From Saprolegnia diclina VS20 (Eukaryota): DNA of 64,000 nucleotides. Shown here piece after piece: positions 59,177 through 64,000 of this stretch (position 1 is the first letter of the stretch; the number at the start of each line of letters is the position of its first letter). The stretch spans positions 91,278-155,277 of the forward strand of contig NW_008246116.1 in assembly GCF_000281045.1 (NCBI RefSeq). The letters run 5' to 3'. The notes under the pieces were generated by a model. The model was not told the DNA's origin, did no database searches, and saw nothing but the letters and a program-made list of their open reading frames with translations. The position numbers were made by a program, and so were the translations under genes.

Positions 59177-59784
59177 CGTCTTGTGCGCTGAAGCAAGCGT
59201 GTTTGCAACTGGTCGGGGCCTGGTGGCACGCGGCGCGCAGCGACGGAATCCCACCGGTATCTTGCGTGGGAAATACTAAAATCCCACCTTCTATCTAGTT
59301 GATTGTATGCATGTGGGAAATCGGCGGCGTGCAACAGGCCATTATTCCCGACACACGACCACTCGCAGGAGTGAAGAACGTCGGCTACTCGCCGGCGACG
59401 CACCCGCCGACGCGACACCGTTCGACGATGCGCTCGCTTCGATTTTTCGAGACGCTATACTTATAGATCCTAATACAGTAGGAGTTCGCTGCGGCTCGAA
59501 CCGCTCAAGTCGCTCGGGTTCAAATCCGCACGATGCTCCAGTACCTAAGTTATGGTATATACGCTGTGCTAACCTTAAGTCGAGGAGCAAGCCATCGTCT
59601 TGGAAATCAAGCAACCGCCTTCACGGATCTCATGATGGTCTGGGACAAGGCGCAATCGTTCGAGCCAGAGAAGCGAGTAGCTGGGAGCAAGATGAAGGTC
59701 CATCGATCTCGACGAGCAACCGCGATCTCTGGGTAAACCACAAGAAACCACACATCCATGATTACAATAAGAACTCAGATCGAC

Positions 59785-60303
59785 CTACGTATACTGCGAG
59801 CCGACCACGTGATGCAGCTTGGCGTCGGGCACCAACGTTGGCTCGGGACAAAAGTGGCACTGCAGGTACCAGCTCCAGAGGCACCCGGCGGCAATGGCCA
59901 ACGCACCGAGAAGCGCCGACAGCGGACCGTACCCGGCGTTTCGCAGCTCGTACGTGCACAGACACTGGTGCGGCCGTTGTGCTGGAAGGCAGCCCGTCGC
60001 ATGGTACGGTGCCCCGACTCGAGCGACGTCATTGCGCGTCGGGCAACAACAGCGTTCGCCACATGCGACAGCAAGCATTGGCGGCGAAAACACACCGAGA
60101 TCGGCGTGGCACACGGATGCGTTGCGCAGTACACACGCGTCGCACGCCGTTGTATTTAGCGACGCTGGCGGCGGTCCATAGAACGTCTCGGGGGGCGACG
60201 CTGGTAGCGTCAGCAGCAGCAAACCGAGCGATGCGAGCACGAGAAGGTAGAGAAAGAAGCCGACTTGGCCACGCGAGTAGATGGTCTTGACCGTGTCGCC
60301 CAT
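59785..60303 (-). CDS. Small two-TM membrane protein with Cys-rich loop
   Basis: Two hydrophobic helices flank a loop with CDAC, CGERCCCP and CLC. Confidence 0.55.
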   Translation of the reverse strand: MGDTVKTIYSRGQVGFFLYLLVLASLGLLLLTLPASPPETFYGPPPASLNTTACDACVLRNASVCHADLGVFSPPMLAVACGERCCCPTRNDVARVGAPYHATGCLPAQRPHQCLCTYELRNAGYGPLSALLGALAIAAGCLWSWYLQCHFCPEPTLVPDAKLHHVVGSQYT

Positions 60304-60564
60304 TCTCGACGGAAAATGGAGAAAGGACATATCTCGGTAACGGCCTCGAAACATTGGACGCGTTCTTTCGTCCTCGGTCGTTGACAGTGCAAGTCTGCCG
60401 CCTCGCGTGCCACTACTTCATTGTTGCTTGTGATACTGTAGAACTACGCTAGCCCGCTCGCATGGCTCCTCGTCGCTGGCATTCGCAGCGTCGCCAGGCC
60501 GATCGCCAGCAACGGCAATGTCGCAGATGAAACTGTCATATCTTGAGCCGGCTATTCGCGCCAC

Positions 60565-64000
<3,436 letters not shown>

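Noticed and set aside
59505..59535. tRNA T-loop/B-box-like GGGTTCAAATCC
   Set aside because: The T-stem does not pair beyond 2 bp and no cloverleaf or A-box could be built.
59300..59740. Possible small spliced plus-strand gene
   Set aside because: Intron-like signals are present but no consistent reading frame could be assembled.

Overview
Eukaryotic, GC-rich, gene-dense DNA with short (~40-60 bp) GT-AG introns. The gene content and elicitin-like gene point to an oomycete, probably Saprolegniales (inference). 1-43 kb is a compact run of mostly housekeeping genes: MetRS, EF-hand/WD40, OSCA/TMEM63, elicitin-like, a 1.7k-aa duplicated membrane protein, REX4, a GPH sugar transporter, dysbindin-like, a TMEM181-like/lipase fusion, a WGR-WWE protein, PRMT7 and a divergent nuclear F1-alpha paralog. 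43.3-59.2 kb is different: an intronless cluster arranged as a large imperfect palindrome, with two near-identical inverted PARP3-like genes and nine paralogs of an uncharacterised ~160-210 aa PX-like protein carrying an invariant His/Cys/Cys/Cys set. A 183-N assembly gap lies at 46324-46506. The window ends inside an LRR-IQ gene. Domain calls come from recognising motifs by eye, and exon boundaries were inferred manually; no database search was run.
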